Origin: Adineta vaga
Lineage: Eukaryota; Animalia; Rotifera
DNA: 64,000 bases
Assembly: GCA_021613535.1 (NCBI GenBank)
Contig: CP075493.1
Location: forward strand, 14,136,001-14,200,000
Direction: 5' to 3'
The number at the start of each line of letters is the position of its first letter. The stretch's first letter is position 1. The notes under the pieces are model-generated. The model saw only the letters and a list, made by a program, of their open reading frames with translations, ran no database searches and was not told the DNA's origin. Shown here piece by piece: positions 11,280 through 24,719 of the stretch. The translations under genes and the position numbers were made by a program.

Positions 11280-13047
11280 TCAATGCATTTCAGCATCGCT
11301 AACCAAACTAACTTTGCCTGCTCGAAATTTATCACGAGATTTATGCACATGTACCATGATAAAATCACATATCAACCCTGCGATAACCATATAACCAATA
11401 CCAGATCCTTCAAATACGAAAGAAAAACTGTCGTCATTTATGACCAATATCAATTTGACCTTACCAATGGCGAGAAATAACTGAAGTGCATGAAATTGTC
11501 CTCCTGTACCAGAAATCGATACAACAAATCGCAGGCCATGAATTTTTGATAGAAGTCGATAGGTAATATTATTTATACGATATTTATATGCTGCACTAAA
11601 TATGTTTTGATTACCTAGAATACGTAGAGACAAATTTGTTCTGAAAATCATATAACCTACCGATAGTTAATACCAGGTGATAGTTTATCATCACCACTTT
11701 GTAACAAATGAAAATGATAGCGTGGATAACAAAAACGTTTATGATAATCAAAATTACATGTCCATTTCTGTTCGATTTCAATGACACCACCTTCTTTGAT
11801 AAGAGCTGACATATCTGTTTTGAAATTTTCTAGAATGTCACCAAGACGAATAATAGGACAGCGTGGATCACGAATACTATGATATCGACACGAAAAATTT
11901 GTATCATCTCGAAGATTTCGTCTAGAAATCGAAGAAAAAGCAAAAACAAATCCTTCAAATCATCGATAACAAACAACGATACAAACAGGTGTATGTTAAA
12001 CCGTTGAAATGTTACTGATGTCTTGATGAAAATTGTAAAATTGCTTAAATCATGCAAACTAATTTGATAATCTCTATATATAGAAAAATAAAGAAAGTGA
12101 TAGTGAATATTTTGAAATGAAAAGCGAGTATATTACGTTGATGCACTCGCTTCTTCAGGACACCAACCACTCATTTCACAAACATTAATCGACGAATTTT
12201 CTCGACTTTCTACACATCTACCAGTAAAAAAACCTAGGAAATATTCGATAAAAATATGTTATTATTTTATCAATCAAAAAACGTTTTACCAGATGTACTT
12301 GGTGTTGGTTTACCCGCTCGACATGTATTATCTGATTCTTTACAGAAAAGTTTCGATTTCAAAGCCTAATTTGAATATGAAGAGTATAATAATACAAATT
12401 TATCAGTTTCTTACACTAGGACAACGTCCTTCAGTTTGATCATAAGTCACAATTTGACGAGTTGCAATAAAAAATGCATTATTTTCCTAAAAGACAAATG
12501 AATTACATTCATTTTCAATGTTCATCGAAAAAATTGTACATACTAAAGGTGGAAGACCATATTCTGTTGTATCCCAAACAACACGTGAATAATTTACTGA
12601 AACAAAAGAAGATTATGTATGATTTCAATACGATCAAACAACTGAAAAAAGAATTATCCTTACTAGATACACCGGATGGTACCTTCACACTGACAGATGA
12701 AACACCTTTCACTTTAGTTACACTCGTTCCACGTGGTTCTTGAAATTCTTGATATCCACGTTGATACCATACGATATAACTAGAAATATAAATTATATTC
12801 GAAGTTCAATTGATTTTCAATCATTGACATACTTACACTGCGATATAAGTGCAAATAACCAACTGAATGACACGATTCAACAAAGCAATAGTTGAATTGG
12901 GCACTTCAACCATTTTGACAGTTGAATAAGTGAACAAAGTGCCCGAAATAAAAGAAGTAAATGCATTGGTTTCTATAAGTTATACATACAATTCTGATTT
13001 TCTATCATCATAGATTAGACAAGGATATACTTACTCTTTCCATTCAT
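11280..13047 (-). CDS. P2X purinoceptor (ATP-gated cation channel), about 10 short exons
   Basis: Manual splicing gives FTYSTVKMV..LLNRVIQL..YIVWYQRGYQE..TSVTKVKG..VWDTTEY..ENNAFFI..TGRC..CEMSGWCPEE..NFTIFIK..DPRCPIIRLGDI..EGGVI..WTCNFD..PGINYR..RLLSKIHGLRF..IGSGIG..LICDFI. These are canonical P2X motifs. Confidence 0.9.
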
Positions 13048-14400
13048 TATTTTGTATGTATGATATGAACTATGGAATAGAATTCTAAAAGAAAACACTT
13101 TGTTATTTAGTAAATACTAGAATGATGACAAAAGAAAGCATATAATCGATGGATCATCTCATGGTTCACTCCAAGCACCTTTCGTATGACCTTTATACGT
13201 CTTATTTGATAGAGGTTATCGTAACTTACATCCAAAAACAAATTTATGTGTGTCAAATGTGAATATAACATACATAGATCTGCCATTAAATACTCTTTCT
13301 CTATGAGAGGAAGTTATCGAATTTTTTTTGTTTCTGTTCACTTGTTTCTAATATAATTATATAGAATGTTCTCATGGGAAGAAATGTTTTGAATTATGAA
13401 CTAAGTCATTTCTCACTAAGAAAAAGAAGATTTCCCTGAATAATAAACGGAAATGTAAGTGAAAAGAACACACATATGGAGAAAAAAAAAGAAAACAACT
13501 GATGTTTTGTGATGATTTTCTCTTATTTAATTTGATTAAAACGATGACACTGAGAGCATTTGACTTCAATAGAATCACAATAACCCAACTATGATACTCA
13601 AAGACCTCTGTTAATCTCTCGAAATCAAACAATTCTTAACCATTATCTTCGAAAGAGATACATTAATCTCTATTTCAAAGTAACAGCAATTTATATCAAT
13701 AGATAACCGATAAATGAAAAAAAAGAAAGAAATTGAACTAGAATAAAAAATGTCGGTAATCTTATTTCATTCACATAAAAGACACAATAGTGTTTGTACA
13801 AAATAATTATTTAAATAAATTTAAATATGAACACCCAAAAGAATATGGGTAAGTATAATATATTCAAAAAATATTCACTCACAAATTCTTCACTTATTAG
13901 TATAATCAATAAATGAGAGTACATTTCATTTCGTGATCTTGAACATCAAGTGTAGATAAGAATTCACAATTATCTAGTTTTTTCTCTCGCGTATAAATGA
14001 GTCATCGATAATCTTATTTCTATTTTACGGTTTTCACCGCCGTTCCACACACTCAGCGGACGAAAAAAAAAAACAGAACGAAAGAAAACGAAGTAATCAA
14101 CAAATGATCTATTACGTTCTTCAGTGGGTAGAAAAAAAAGGATAATTGATGGTTTTTTTCCCTTGAAAATACATCACCTTGATATAGTATTAAAAAAAGA
14201 TGTAGGCAGTTTTTCTCTTGTAATGCTCATCACTTCATCATAATATACAAACGCAATTGTAGATACTAATTGTATTTCTTCCTCAGCAATCGAAGTATAT
14301 ATAAAGCAGAAGAACAACTGTACAAAAATATACGATATTTCAAATATTCTCCTATTCATCCATCATCTTTCTCACAAGTGTCAATAACCAACAAATAAAA

Positions 14401-14628
14401 ATGTAGAAGATTAGTCAAAATTTTTACTTAGTTGCTCTATTGATTCTCATAGCAGCATGTTACATCGATGCAGCTTGTACTCCTAATTGTTATTTTTGTC
14501 TTACTGGTACTCCTCTCGTTCGTCGTCTCTACGGAGTTTGCGGTCCTAATGGCAATCTGATTATTCGTAGTTGTGCACCGAATACTCAATGTTATGCTAG
14601 TAGTTCTTGTACTGTTTATTGTGGTTGA
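14401..14628 (+). pseudogene. Small secreted 8-Cys peptide gene with a TAG at codon 2
   Basis: ATG TAG AAG ATT... is in frame with the signal-like KISQNFYLVALLILIAACYIDA and the mature ACTPNCYFCLTGTPLVRRLYGVCGPNGNLIIRSCAPNTQCYASSSCTVYCG. Confidence 0.6.
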
Positions 14629-15139
14629 CGCGCAACATATGTATTATCCTTTTTTTTGACTTGTAAAGTGATTGAAACACAATGTGTCAGACGTACATAA
14701 CATTCGTTCTTTGTAGGAGTCATACGACAAATGGAAATGAACCATCAATATCAACTCTCATATCAATGAAAATTTTTAAGCAATTCATTTCCATTTTATA
14801 TATTCTCATTTGATGTATATACTTGTTTACAATCTTCCGTTTTTATTAAAAAAATACTTATTATATTCAATTCTGATTAACGATTGTTTGCATAATGTTG
14901 AAGGTGAGAGTTGTCAGTATTACCCATCCGATCAAATTCCTTTTTTTCCGCATATATTGACTTTGATTAGCTGTTCAAATCGTAAATGTATTCAGGATTT
15001 ATACAATTATTCAAAGATCTTAGAATATTTCTCAAACTGTTGATAATTGAGAAGAATTTGATGCTCTTTACACTTTATTTTCTAGCGAACAATGAATAAA
15101 ATATAAGTCTATATGTGATAATAAGTCATGAAGTGTTTT

Positions 15140-16792
15140 TTACTCGCGCTTATATTTTTTTAGGCGCAAACAGGAACAAATAATGAACGAACTCAATCGC
15201 CAGAATAAATAAACGATCGTGATAATCAGTACTGTCAGTGTTAATTGTACATCTAAATTTGTTGCGACAAGAAATGGTAGTTCATGTTGAATTGTGATCT
15301 CATCATCATAGCCTATAAGTAGCCATCGATCAATGAGTCGACTCGCTTGTTTCGCTCCTCCTCCTTCTACTGTACAAAATCGATGAATGCGACGAAGATT
15401 GAAGACAAAACGATCGTATTCTGCTTGTATATGTTCAATTTTACGAGCAATCTGAGTAGCTGTTAACTGCCGTCGTTCAAGTATGTGTCCAATCATAGCC
15501 TCTTCAATTTTAGCACCGTTAGTAGGCTGATCAGCGAATCCCGGTAAGATAATCAGTGGAACATTGGCATACACAGCTTCACCGATGCTACTCATACCAC
15601 CATGAGTAATAAACGTGCGCACAGATGGATGTTTAAGTACACGTTGTTGAGGAATCCAATCAGTAATAAACACACGTAATGATCGATTAGGATCAGCCAT
15701 AATTGATCCTTTGATTTTATCGCGTACATTCTGTTGAGGTATAACTAGAAGAAGACGCATGCGTGGTACAAACTGTAATGCATCGATAAACACTTGCCAT
15801 GTACTTTCAGGCAGTGTGGTGAGTGTACCAAATGCTACTAGTACAACAAATTCATCAGATGGTTGTGTTTCATTTAACCACATATAAAGATTGTTAATCC
15901 GCTCATCACTGTCTACCTATGAATATAACCGAAGAAACACAAGTAGTAGCTACATCCTCATCCTCAAGATTACTTACCATACTCTTTCTTCTTCATCAAG
16001 AAAAAAGCTAACGAAATGATGATTAGGTGCATAAGAGTGTCGAAACTCGAGCGCAAGAGGGCTCATAATGAGCACAGGATGACGTTCCCAGTGTTGAGTT
16101 TTTAGACCTAATCGAGATTTCAAAATTGAACGATTTGATGCATGTTGTAATCGATTTAGTTCATATATATGTGGTTTTAGGTAGTAAATCATGAGAAGAG
16201 GTGTTACCATATAATTGTAGAATCGTTGAAAAAGAGAATCTCGTAATTGTTGTTGTGTCAGAGTATCCAATCCTCGTGGTATCCATGCTGGTATATTAAT
16301 CTCGTCATCTACCAACAAGGACGTAACTATGACCATAGGAATGTTGAGATCATGAGCAAGATCTTGTGCAGCATAACAAAATACGTTTACAACTATTATA
16401 TCATACGAATGTGTTTGAAGATGATTTAATAACATCTCATGCATTTGTGTGTATGGAGCAAGAATATCTGAATACAAGGTGTGACCGATAGTCGCCAAGT
16501 TCGAGCCATCGCTACGTATATTGAGTTTTTTTACTGCACGAGGTAATGAGCCAAGCGAGACAAATGTTACAGATCGATGTGATTCTAACTTACTGCGCAC
16601 TATATTTATGTGATCATCGACTACTGCGAAACTAACATGATGATCCGGTGAAACAGCACGCCCAATGGAAATTAACAATTTCAGATGCGAATATAATGGA
16701 AAACCCACAAATAGAATACGCGAAGGCGGTACTTGTATTTCTTGTGTATGACAGTTCAAAATGAAGAGGGTCAATGCAATAAACACAAACAT
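15140..16792 (-). CDS. UDP-glycosyltransferase (UGT, GT1), 2 exons
   Basis: Signal peptide, YSHL catalytic region, UGT signature WIPQQRVLKHPSVRTFITHGGMSSIGEAVYANVPLIILPGFADQ, C-terminal TM and a basic tail. One short intron lies between the two ORFs. Confidence 0.92.
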
Positions 16793-18740
16793 TCGTTTTT
16801 AGATACTATTACTGAAGCAGTATTGATCAAGCGAAAAAAGAAACGTTGCTTTCGATTTTGCTTAATATAAAGAAAAGTACGATTGTATACAGTAACTCAA
16901 ATCAAGCATAACCTATATGTGTATATGTATTGGAAAATATTGTTAATATGTATATCCATGAATATGTCACATCCATAACAAAAAATATGAAGCGTATATT
17001 TTTTTTCTTCATTCTAGGCAATGATGATGAAGTGAGATAAACGAGTCATATTCAGTTTTTTAAGTGTCTTAAGTACTATTGAATTTTAGCTGTATTTTTT
17101 AATAGCTTTTTTTCTGGTCGAGCAATTTGAACAATACTTTGCCCAAAACATATTGGGAAAAACGATATTTTTCGACGACCTATTTTATAGTAGATACAAA
17201 ACAAAAAGTTCTTTAAAGAGTGAAAATTACAGCTCCTATCAATGTACTGGAAAATATTGAGTAACGCTTTTACGCAAAAAGATGTAGAACGATGCTTTTC
17301 TTCAGATAAATATATCTGATAATAGCACGAAAATATCGTTTTCAAGTCGAACTTATTTCAGTATGGTACAATGAACAAATCTGGGTACTATGGAGTTTTC
17401 TCAACAACCAGTACACCTTGTAATACTAGGCATAGTGTAACAATATATACTACCCAACAATTATTTATATCTCCTTTCATTGTCTGTATTCACCTCAGTT
17501 TGAAACTTGCACATATGCAAATAACTCTCGTTCAAAAGGACTTGCTCAGTTCTTTCTCTTAGTAGTTATGTTTCCAGACTAATACCGGATTCGTGTTCAA
17601 CAAAGTCTATTATCCTTCGATAAAGTTTTATGGAAAATAATTTCTTTCATTTTCATATTTTTTTGCATCAATCAATGAAGTGCGGACACACAAGTAAGCA
17701 AACATTTTATTCTTGCAAGACTCTTTCCTACGAGAAATAGAATAAAAAAGTGTCAAAGATTCACTTGAATGCACTGACTTATAATTATGAATGTAGGGAT
17801 GTATATTATCAACAAGAAAAATACGTAAAACGAATAAGAAAATGGAAAGAAAATGCTCGAAATATATCATTTATAGTGTAAACAAATCATTATAGAGAAA
17901 AAACATATCCTTGGTTGTAAAAAAGGTAATGTTTTCGAAACTTGATAGTATTATATACTATAGAAAAAAGAGTTTTCTCATCGAATCAAAGTTTTGCAAA
18001 CCTTATCAGTGAATCCAAAGAAAAGCTTACAAAGAGTTTCGTTGATGGAATACTAAAGCCTTTTGAGTTTGAAGAACCTTAAAAAATTAGAATTTGTGAA
18101 ATTTTCTTGTTTTGAAATCTGCGCATGCCTCAATATTTTAAAGAAGTACATTTTGTAAAATATAGAATCAAAAAGTAATAATTATCTCTACAATAAAAGA
18201 TCTCGCTCGAAATAGAAGGAGAAAAAGTTCTTCTCTAGAGCAACATCACGCACATACAATTAAGAAAATCTGTTCTAAACATGAAATGTATGTTGAAGTT
18301 TTAAAGAATTGAAAAAGTGCTCTTCTAAACATACAGAATGGCAAGAAGAGAATAACACACATTGAGAAAAAGGCGTGAACATAAAAACGAAGGACACATT
18401 CGATATTATTACACTATACTCTCTCATTTCTATCTGTATAACATCAAAAAATGAGTGGCATAAGTGAACGATTGAAAAAAGTAAGTATATCATTCAAAGA
18501 GAACATTCTGATTGTGTTACTGATATGTAAAGAAGACAAATCGAGTACGAGTATATATCATATCGATGATAGAGCAAGTATATTTATGTTTCTTATCAGT
18601 AGCAAAAACGACTATATTGACAATCCAACGATGTAGAATTGTTTCGTTGATGTACAGTAAAATATACGGCAGATTTCATTTCTCACTTTTAATTACATAG
18701 TTGTATGATTAATTGACTGTTGAACAATAGTTTTAGCTTA

Positions 18741-19791
18741 ATGTTGGTACGAAAATTTTTCAAATTTGTATGTTTGAGTCTTCTAATCTTGGCTATTGTT
18801 TGCGAAATTATTATCATTTCCATATGGACCACGGTTTTTAATCCCAAATCTGTTAATTTATCAGAGACCTATTTCAATAATGATATAGTCTTCTCGTCCA
18901 AAAAGTCACATATGGTTCTTACAGCATTTACGACTGATTTAATTCATAGTGATGGTAAGAAACCATTAGTCGATCTTACTTCTTTATCTCGACAGGTAAA
19001 TTTCAATACTATTTTTCTGTAAAATGTAGAACATGAATGTGACATTTCTATTCACAGATCAATCAACAACTCGATCTTCCAATGTATACAGTTGATGTTC
19101 GATCGGCTGTTCTCTTTCCCAGCACATTTGTGAATATCAGCCAAAAAAGAATTGATAGAACTCAAAGCACGATGAAAGGTGACATCTTAATTGTTGATTT
19201 TTACTTAGCAAAATGTAACAATGATTATTGTCCTGAAGAACAGGTGGCTAAAATAAAATCAAACCTCATTTCAGTTATGTTTTCGCTAGTCATCAAACTC
19301 GATGATGGAACTGTCAGAACAATAAATACGAACTTTTATTCGTCTACTTCAGGTAAGATATATTGGACCAAGATAAGTTACTGTACTACATTTTGACAAC
19401 TCTTCTTCTATTGTAGCATTGTTCTGTACTGATGTAGATTGTGGCGGTACAATTTGTTCAAAAAAATGCGATCTAAATCAACGTTGTGCAATAAATAAAG
19501 ATTGTGCGAACGGAAATTGTCATGCAATATCGAAAACATGTCAAGGTAAATTGCTAGAAAACATTCATATATATATACCAATCAATAGTTATTAAAATCA
19601 TTTGAAAACTTTCTTCTGTTTTTCTAGCACCATCTTGTACAGATGGTAACAAAAATCAAGATGAAATCGATGTTGATTGTGGTGGTACAACCTGTTTAAC
19701 GATATGTTCACCTAATCAACCTTGTACATCAAATATAGATTGTTCTAATGGCAATTGTGACGTAGTTTCAAAAATATGTGTAGATGTATAA
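18741..19791 (+). CDS. Type II membrane/secreted protein with two C-terminal Cys-rich (D-V-D-C-G-G) repeats, 4 exons
   Basis: Exons 18741-18995, 19058-19352, 19417-about 19545 and 19628-19791 splice in frame. Repeats: CTDVDCGGTICSKKCDLNQRCAINKDCANGNC and CTDGNKNQDEIDVDCGGTTCLTICSPNQPCTSNIDCSNGNC. Confidence 0.75.
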
Positions 19792-19907
19792 GCGTCGATT
19801 GTTTTCTTTTAATGTCACAATCTTTTGTGTTTTGAATAGTTATTTAATGAAACATTTTAATATAAAAAAAAAATGAACGTTTCAAAAGTTGGATATCTTT
19901 TTTATAC

Positions 19908-19926
19908 GTACACCCTCAAAATAGTT
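19908..19926. repeat. Partial copy of the dispersed CACACCCTCAA/TTGAGGGTGTG repeat
   Basis: acaccctcaaaatagt lies between two convergent gene ends. Same core as at 26916, 31897, 41438 and 54203. Confidence 0.45.
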
Positions 19927-19950
19927 CTCATAAGGAAAGGTGTTTGTTAG

Positions 19951-21738
19951 TTATGGTTGATAGAGCTCCGGAATATTTAAATAACCACCACTGCCTTGTC
20001 CACCGACAATTAACACTTTTCCATTCGTTAATACAGATGCTGTGTGATAATATCGAGCGTAACTTATACTACTAATGAGTGTCCAGAGGCCTGTTGATGG
20101 ATCATACAACTCAGTACTATTCATGTAAGAGCTACCATTGCGTCCACCAGTAACTAATACTTTTCCATTTGCTAATACGGATGCTGTGTGATAATATCGA
20201 CCATAATTCATTTTATTAGTGAGTGTCCATATCCCTGTTAATGGATCATATAATTCAGCACTGTCTCCAGCAACAGTAACGTTGTTTCCACCGGTAACTA
20301 GTACTTTTCCGTTTGTTAGTACAGATGCTGTATGATCGTATCGAGCATAGTTCATATTACCAGTGAGTGTCCAGATCCCTGTTGATGGATCATATAATTC
20401 AGCACTATTTGAACCATAGCTGCCATTGTATCCACCTACAGCTAACATTTTCCCATCTGTTAACAGAGACAATGTATGCAACCGTCTAATATAATTCATA
20501 TTTCCAGTAACTGTCCATTGTCCTGTTGATGAATTATATAGCTCAGCACTTTTAATAATCGTACTAGCACCATTGTATCCACCAGTGACTAATACATTTC
20601 CGTTTGCTAGCACAGATGCTGCGTGTGTATACCGAATGCTATTCATCACAGAAGTGGCTGCCCAGAGTCCTGTTGGTGGATCATATAATTCAGCTCTGTA
20701 TGTATATATACTACTATTGTACCCACCAGTAACTAACACTTTTCCATTTGTTAACAGCGATACTGTATGTCCATATCGAGCTAAATCCATACTACCAGTT
20801 ACTGTCCAGACTCCTGTTGATAGATCATATAGTTCAGCACTGCCTAGAGCAGAACTACTACTCTTTCCACCAGTAACCAATACGTTTCCATTTGCTAATA
20901 CTGATGCTGTATGTTGAGCTCGAGCATAATTCGTTGCATTGATAATCGTTGATCCTATTAATAAATAAGTGACACATATTGATAGTATTGATCAAATTCT
21001 AAACAGGAAAAGTACATCTTATAATTCTTACAACTTCGCTACGTTTTTTATGAGTTGAATATGAACAATCAGTTTCATTAAACGGAAACAATACATACCT
21101 GGCATAGGGGTTGTGGATGTTGTCGGAGTAGCTGTTGATGAATTTGAAGCCGCAGTGGTTGGTTTAGTTGTTTTGATTCCTTAATATACATATAAATACT
21201 TGTTTTTAAATGACATGGGTATGGAAATACAATCACTCGGATTGAACTGTTATATACGTGACTATCTGTATCGAAAAAGAACGTGTAGTATCATTTTCAC
21301 GAGTCTCATATATGAAAGTAGGGTCTTTTTTGTATGCTAGTTCTCTACTGAGTGTGACAACATCTTTTTTGACTTGTATTGGTTCGTAGATGAACTTGTG
21401 TATTTACCTTCTACTATCGATATGTTTTCATTAGATGATGTTATCCAAAGTGTAATTATTATAGCCAATACTAAACCACTGATGAGCGCACCTATTAACA
21501 GACCCAACCATAATGGTGTTAATGATGAAAAGCCTTTTAATAGTTTCTTTGATAGTGTCCATCTAAAAACAAAATATAAAAGTAATATGATGTATATTGA
21601 AACTGAACTAAGTATTAGTTCTATAATCTCATACTTTTTGTTGTTCTGATTATTTGAAATGGTTTTGTTTCTATTTGTATTTTTAGATAAATCATGGTGA
21701 TGAGACAGATAATTGTTTGTTGTCGACAATGTATTCAT
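19951..21738 (-). CDS. Type II membrane-anchored Kelch-repeat protein with a Ser/Thr-rich stalk
   Basis: TM exon (LWLGLLIGALISGLVLAIIITLW), stalk exon 21099-21179 (IKTTKPTTAASNSSTATPTTSTTP) and Kelch exon 19951-20954 with 7 roughly 47-aa repeats (RYxHTASVLxNGKVLVTGG..AELYDP). Phase-1 junctions checked. Confidence 0.85.
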
Positions 21739-22442
21739 TTGTATATGTTGAGAAGTCACTCTTATCGTAATGATTTCTATTCTTTGTGAACATACGTTGT
21801 CCAATACAAAAAAACGACTGCGCTTGTTTTACGATAGATTATAAAATATTCCTAGAGCATCTTATAATTAACATTGTATGATTACAAAAGGCCCCTCACT
21901 CTTTTGTTAATAAGTAAACGACAGGAAGACATAATACCATTTTTAATTTGTTCTCTAGAGAACTTGTGTAGTTTCTTCTAATTAAAATAAAAAAATATGT
22001 CAATTCAATATGTTTATTCTCCGTGTATTCACTTTATCGAAGAATAATGCATTGTTGTGATTTAGTTTTCTTTCAAAGCTTTTGTTGAAGTTTCCCGAGA
22101 AAAGAAAAGAATCTATTTCAATTTATTGAGTATTTCTTCAAATATTAATCACATCAACTCATTATCTTCCAGAACAAATATTTATAAAAATGTATTTTTC
22201 TTAATTAAAGACTGTTTGCCAAATACGAATCATTCCTCTACATTCACCCATCTAGAGAATGAAGTGTGAGCGAAGAAACAATATCCGCTCCATGATTATT
22301 CGTTTTTAATACCTTCATAAGCAAATATCAATATATCTTAAATTTGATAATCATCGAAAATATTGACACGCATCATTTTCTTTTCTCTCTCTATATATAA
22401 TACAGACCATAGCCTTTAATCTTATATTTTTGCCAACAAAAT

Positions 22443-24719
22443 ATGTCGTTGATGAATACTCGAGAAGTTAGATTACATAATGATCGGATAAATTTCGAGA
22501 TAATTTATCTTGATGGTGCAGAAGATAATTGTATTCAATCAATATCGAATTATATTCGTTTTACGACTGATTTTGCACCAATTATATTCGAGAATCTTGA
22601 TGAATGCATTGATTATATGACTGATATGAACGATCTACAAGTTTTTCTCATCGTATCTGGATCATCGGCCATTAATATTATTCCGATGATTGAACAATTA
22701 GAACAAATTCAAACAATTCATAAACTCTCTTCTAACACAAGTACATATAAACATTGAACAAAACAGTATTCAAAAGTACGTGGTATCTACAGTAATATTC
22801 AATCGATTTATTATTATCAAATAAAAGAGAATAGTAAACAGTCATTAAGTAATTTTAATATAATCAGTCCACATTCTTCAGATGAAGATAGCAACATATG
22901 TTACCATCGTCGTCCATGTATTTAAAAATTCTAATAAATATTTTGCTTCGGATCAATGACAGTGCTATAGGCAGAAAAGAAATGATCGAATTGTATCGCG
23001 ATTATTATACAAACACAATTTCTGATTGGAAAAAAATCGATGAATTCGATTTGGAGTATCAATCGAATTTGACGATCAATTGGTATACTGGAGGTTCTTT
23101 CCTGTACAGCACGTTGAACTCCGCTTGTCGAAATATCGATATCAATACACTCTATAAACTCCGTTTTTTCATCAAAAATTTACATGAACAACTAATAGAT
23201 TTATATTCGTCAAAAAACGACTAGACCATGCACGGACACGTTGTATCGCGGTCAAGTTATTAGAAAAGATGACTTTGCATGATTAAAATTCGATGGACTG
23301 ATTTTATTTCATAGTTTTTTATCAACAACAATGGATAGAAAAGTAGCTGAAGCTTTTCTCCCGCAGAACAAGACGATAACAATCTTATTATGGTGTTATA
23401 TTTGAAATAAGACTTGATGTTAATTGTTTGGTTTATGATACGCCATTTGCTTGTATTCAAGATCTAAGTCAATTTCCAGAAGAAAAAGAGGTTTTGTTTT
23501 CAATTGGTGCTATATTTCGAATTAAAACCATTGAGAAAATCAAAGGGAAAAATAATTGTTATCAAATCCAGTTGGTAAAGACATCTGCAGAAGATGAAGA
23601 ATTGAAAAAAGTGGAACGATGCATAAACGATAAAATTGCTGATCATAATCCTATTTTTCATTTAGCAGCGTTCACAATGAAGATGTGCAAATATGATCTT
23701 GCACGTCAGTTTTATCAACTATTATTGGATGATTCATTGTTAGCAATCAATGATCTAAAGCGTCTTTCCATTATTTACAACGGTATAGGAATTACCTACA
23801 CGGAAGAAAAAAACGACGTGAAAACGATAGAATATAATGCAAAATCACTGAATATAAAGGAAAGACATTTAGAAAAGAACGATAGTAGTATTGGGATAGT
23901 ATATGCATTAATATCGGTATAGCTTATCTTTCTTTACACAAATCAGCAACAGGATTGAAATACTTACAAAAAGCAGCTGACGTTACGAAAAATAGACCTG
24001 AATGCCAAGCAGATTACCATTATACTATGAGTCTTATATGTGATGAACTTGATTCTTTAAACGCAATGGAACATGTTAAAACGGTAGAACAAATTGAAAG
24101 TGAAAAATTATCTCCTTATCATCCAGATCACAAAAATACATATAAAAATATGGGTGTCATTTGTTTTAACTCATCAGAATATGACACCGCTCGAGATTAT
24201 TTTGAGAAAGCTATTAAAATTCATTTGCGAAGTGTGGTTTATCAAGAATCAGACTTAGCTGAATTATACTACCATATTGCTAAGACTTTCGAAAACCAAA
24301 AAGAATATAAACAGGCATTATCATATTATGAAAATGTAATTTCTATGGCATCCAATGTCTTATCTGATGATGTTCTCATTACGGATATTCCAAAGTGCAT
24401 AGGGGATATGCAACTCATTCTAGGGCGATATGAAGAAGCGATGGAATCCTATCGCAAATCACTTCGTATTATACTTGATTTACTTGTAAAAAATGAGAAG
24501 GAAATAGCAGCTGTATATAAATGTATTGGCATTAGCTTATTTCAAATGGGAAATGTGAACGAATCATTAGAAAATATAGAGAAAATGATGCAACTACTAT
24601 CACCAAGTGATGAAGATTTTAAAGAAATGGCTCAATGGACCGAACCTAGTTCGAACAGTATCAATTTCATCTTCTTGCGCATTGAAGCAATAAATATTTT
24701 CTTTACTTTTGTCTTATAA
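22443..24719 (+). pseudogene. ADP-ribosyltransferase (R-S-E type) plus TPR-repeat protein, multiply disrupted
   Basis: WYTGGSFLYSTLNSACR, TLYRGQ, HSFLSTT and SQFPEEKEVLFSIGAIFRI (ART catalytic motifs) are followed by TPRs (YKNMGVIC..EYDTARDYFEKAIKI). In-frame TGA at 22755 and several frameshifts. Confidence 0.85.

Noticed and set aside
17076-17620. Possible eroded coding remnant on the minus strand
   Set aside because: Stop-riddled, and no family could be recognised.
19951-20954. Periodic repeats of about 141 nt that could be mistaken for a CRISPR array or satellite
   Set aside because: They are the in-frame coding repeats of a Kelch propeller. The same applies to 7775-8817.
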